The notes beneath the pieces are model-generated. The model was not told where the DNA came from. It did no database searches and saw only the letters and a list, made by a program, of their open reading frames with translations. A DNA stretch of 64,000 bases, taken from assembly GCA_951406725.2 (NCBI GenBank), contig OX597821.1:115072001-115136000 (forward strand), in the 5' to 3' direction. Positions 61,798 through 64,000 of the stretch are shown piece by piece; the stretch's first letter is position 1; each line of letters opens with the position of its first letter. The DNA comes from Octopus vulgaris. Taxonomy: Eukaryota. The position numbers and the translations under genes are program-made.

Positions 61798-62894
61798 TGT
61801 GTGTGTGTTTCTATGCATGTGTATAGACACACATGTTGGTGTGTTAATATCAGTTAACAATGTAAGACAACAACTGAAGTTGTCTGATCAATGTGGATAT
61901 ATACACACTGGATTCTGCTGTAACTGTCTTTTAACATATATCAGTCATTGGGTTGTGGCCATGCTGGAGCACTGCCTCAAAGGATTTAGTTGAACAAATC
62001 AACGCCAATACTTCTTTTTTACCCCACCTTTTTGTTAAAGTCTGTCACTTATTCTATCAGTCACTTTTCCATGAATCGGTAAGTTAGGAAGACATAAACA
62101 AACCAACATAGGTTGCCTGGCAGTGGAGGAGAGACAAACACGATCACACACACATGCACACACACACACACACATGTTCTCTCTGTGTCTCTCAGATTTA
62201 TTATGAAACATGTAAGTGAATTTGTTGTAGCAAAACAACAATCTACATTCAACTGGTTTCCCCTCTACTCTCCATACAGTCACCTCAACTCCCCGTACAA
62301 TCACCTCTAAGAATCATTCCCACTTCTGCAGTTTACATGTTGAAGCTGCAAGTATGATGACTCATGCAGATTTTATCTGGAACAGAAACTCTCACCTGTT
62401 TTTAGAGACAACAAGCTTTCAGGTAAAATGTTCAACCTCTATTGAACATTACTAGAGATTGATTGATTTCTCAGTTCCTACCCTCTCCACACTTTTTTTT
62501 TTATTTTAAAATATACTTTTATGAAATTAGTAAGGCAATAATTCCAATCAATAATTGATATATTTTCAATTGGCTTTCTTTGTTAATTACCCCAATGAGC
62601 TATGTTTTCTGATTTCATTGTAATCAAAGTTCCCTAATTTTCTCTTTTCTCTTTCTTTCCTTCATAATCTGCTGAACAATTTTATGAATTTATTTTTCTT
62701 CTCCTGGGTCCACAAAAATATTCTTCATACACAAATGCTGATTTTATCTACAAATAGAAAGCACATAGAAATAGAATTGAAAGAAAATTCCTTGCATGCT
62801 TATTTAAAACAAGGGATAAGATCGGCGTTAATGAAACTAAAATCAAAATTGTTTACTAATTAAATGAAAATATTGGAATGACTTCAGTGGCATT

Positions 62895-63080
62895 AGTAGT
62901 GGGGTGTGTGGTAGTAGTAGTGGTGGTGGTGGTGGTGGTAGTAGTAGTAGTGGTAGGTATGGTGATGGCAATGGTGGTGGTGGGGGTGCCAGTGGTGGTA
63001 GTCATGATGGTGGTATGGTGGTGGTGCTGCTGCTGACAGTGTTGGCAACAGCAGCAGCAGTAACAACAACCACCCCCACA
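62895..63080. repeat. Degenerate (GGT)/(AGT) trinucleotide repeat
   Basis: Directly visible; source of Gly/Thr/His-rich spurious ORFs. Confidence 0.85.
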
Positions 63081-63645
63081 AACAAACAAAGCCTCCCCTC
63101 CATCTTAAACAGTGACAAAAGTTCAAGAATTTTTTTTTTTAGAGAATGGAACCACTTTTTTTCTGTGAGAGAGTTCTTTACCAACCATATTGGTGTCGCT
63201 GTTAGCAGACAAGTGTGCCAGGAATCTCAATCCTTCACCAAGCAGTAGAACTGTTTGTTAAAGCATAGCAGCTTTGATATGCGATATTCCAAGTTAATCT
63301 GCACCTGTAATATCGTTTACAGGTTGGCACCAATCAAATTCTAATCATGTCATTGTGTTCCAGGCTGGTTTTGGTCATTCCAATCTAAATTTATCATCAG
63401 TGCACTTCGACACTTCGTTATTGTTATTGTTGATTAATTGATAAGAGACATTGTTTTGTGTGTTGTTTGTAGTTTTGAAGGATAAAATAAAACAATAACA
63501 CAAAAGAGAAACATAAAAATAAATAAAACAAATATACCTGAAAATATACCTGTATTTATAGGTACAGGTGTGACAGTGTGGTTAAGAAGTTTGTTTTGTA
63601 ACCACTTGGTTTGGGGTTCAATACTACTGTGCAGCATCTTCAGCA

Positions 63646-64000
63646 GTGGAGGCGCAATGGCCCAGTGGTTAGGGCAGCGAACTCGCGGTCGGAGGATTGC
63701 GGTTTCAGTTCCCAGACCGGGCATTGTGTGTGTTTATTGAGCGAAAGCACCTAAAGCTCCACGAGGGTGGTAGCAACCCCTGTTGTACTCTTTCGCCCCA
63801 ACTTACTCTCACTCTTTTTTCCTGTTTCTTGTCCCCGACTTCCTACACAACCACTGAGCCTGGATGCACATTCATCCATCTGTCGATGCTCTTGGTGTCG
63901 GGGGTTCACGTGCTTTCTCTTCTCCAGGTCTTACGAATAGCAAAGGACCATGTTTCGGACTTCTCCCACTACAGTGGAACAAAGACCACTTCGCTCAACA
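63646..64000 (+). mobile_element. SINE family D
   Basis: gtggaggcgcaatggcccagtggttagggcag... running to the window end. Confidence 0.85.

Noticed and set aside
62856-63248. Gly-rich and Thr/His-rich ORFs
   Set aside because: Trinucleotide low-complexity sequence; no splice or homology support.

Overview
This is AT-rich, repeat-saturated eukaryotic DNA, not prokaryotic. The SINE repertoire looks like octopus/cephalopod (inference from family resemblance). No intact host gene or exon could be supported, and nearly all ORFs in the track are microsatellite or SINE translation artefacts. The window holds dozens of tRNA-derived SINE copies from about 5 families, many 5'-truncated RTE-clade LINE tails plus one 2-kb RT-bearing RTE fragment, two R4/Dong-type RLE-endonuclease fragments, non-autonomous Helitrons, TTAA (piggyBac-type) MITEs and long microsatellites. 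The main unexpected signal is a set of about 7 sequence-unrelated small elements, each carrying a minimal type I hammerhead-ribozyme fold (stem I / CUGAnGA / stem II / GAAA / palindromic stem III loop / UH). Several have the inverted or partial-tandem terminal repeats typical of Penelope-like elements (PLEs). These include a 683-bp near-perfect foldback and a tRNA(Pol III)-headed hammerhead SINE present in 3 copies. Repeat boundaries were read by eye and are approximate (about +/-10-20 bp) unless motif coordinates are stated. Only the clearer repeat copies are listed.
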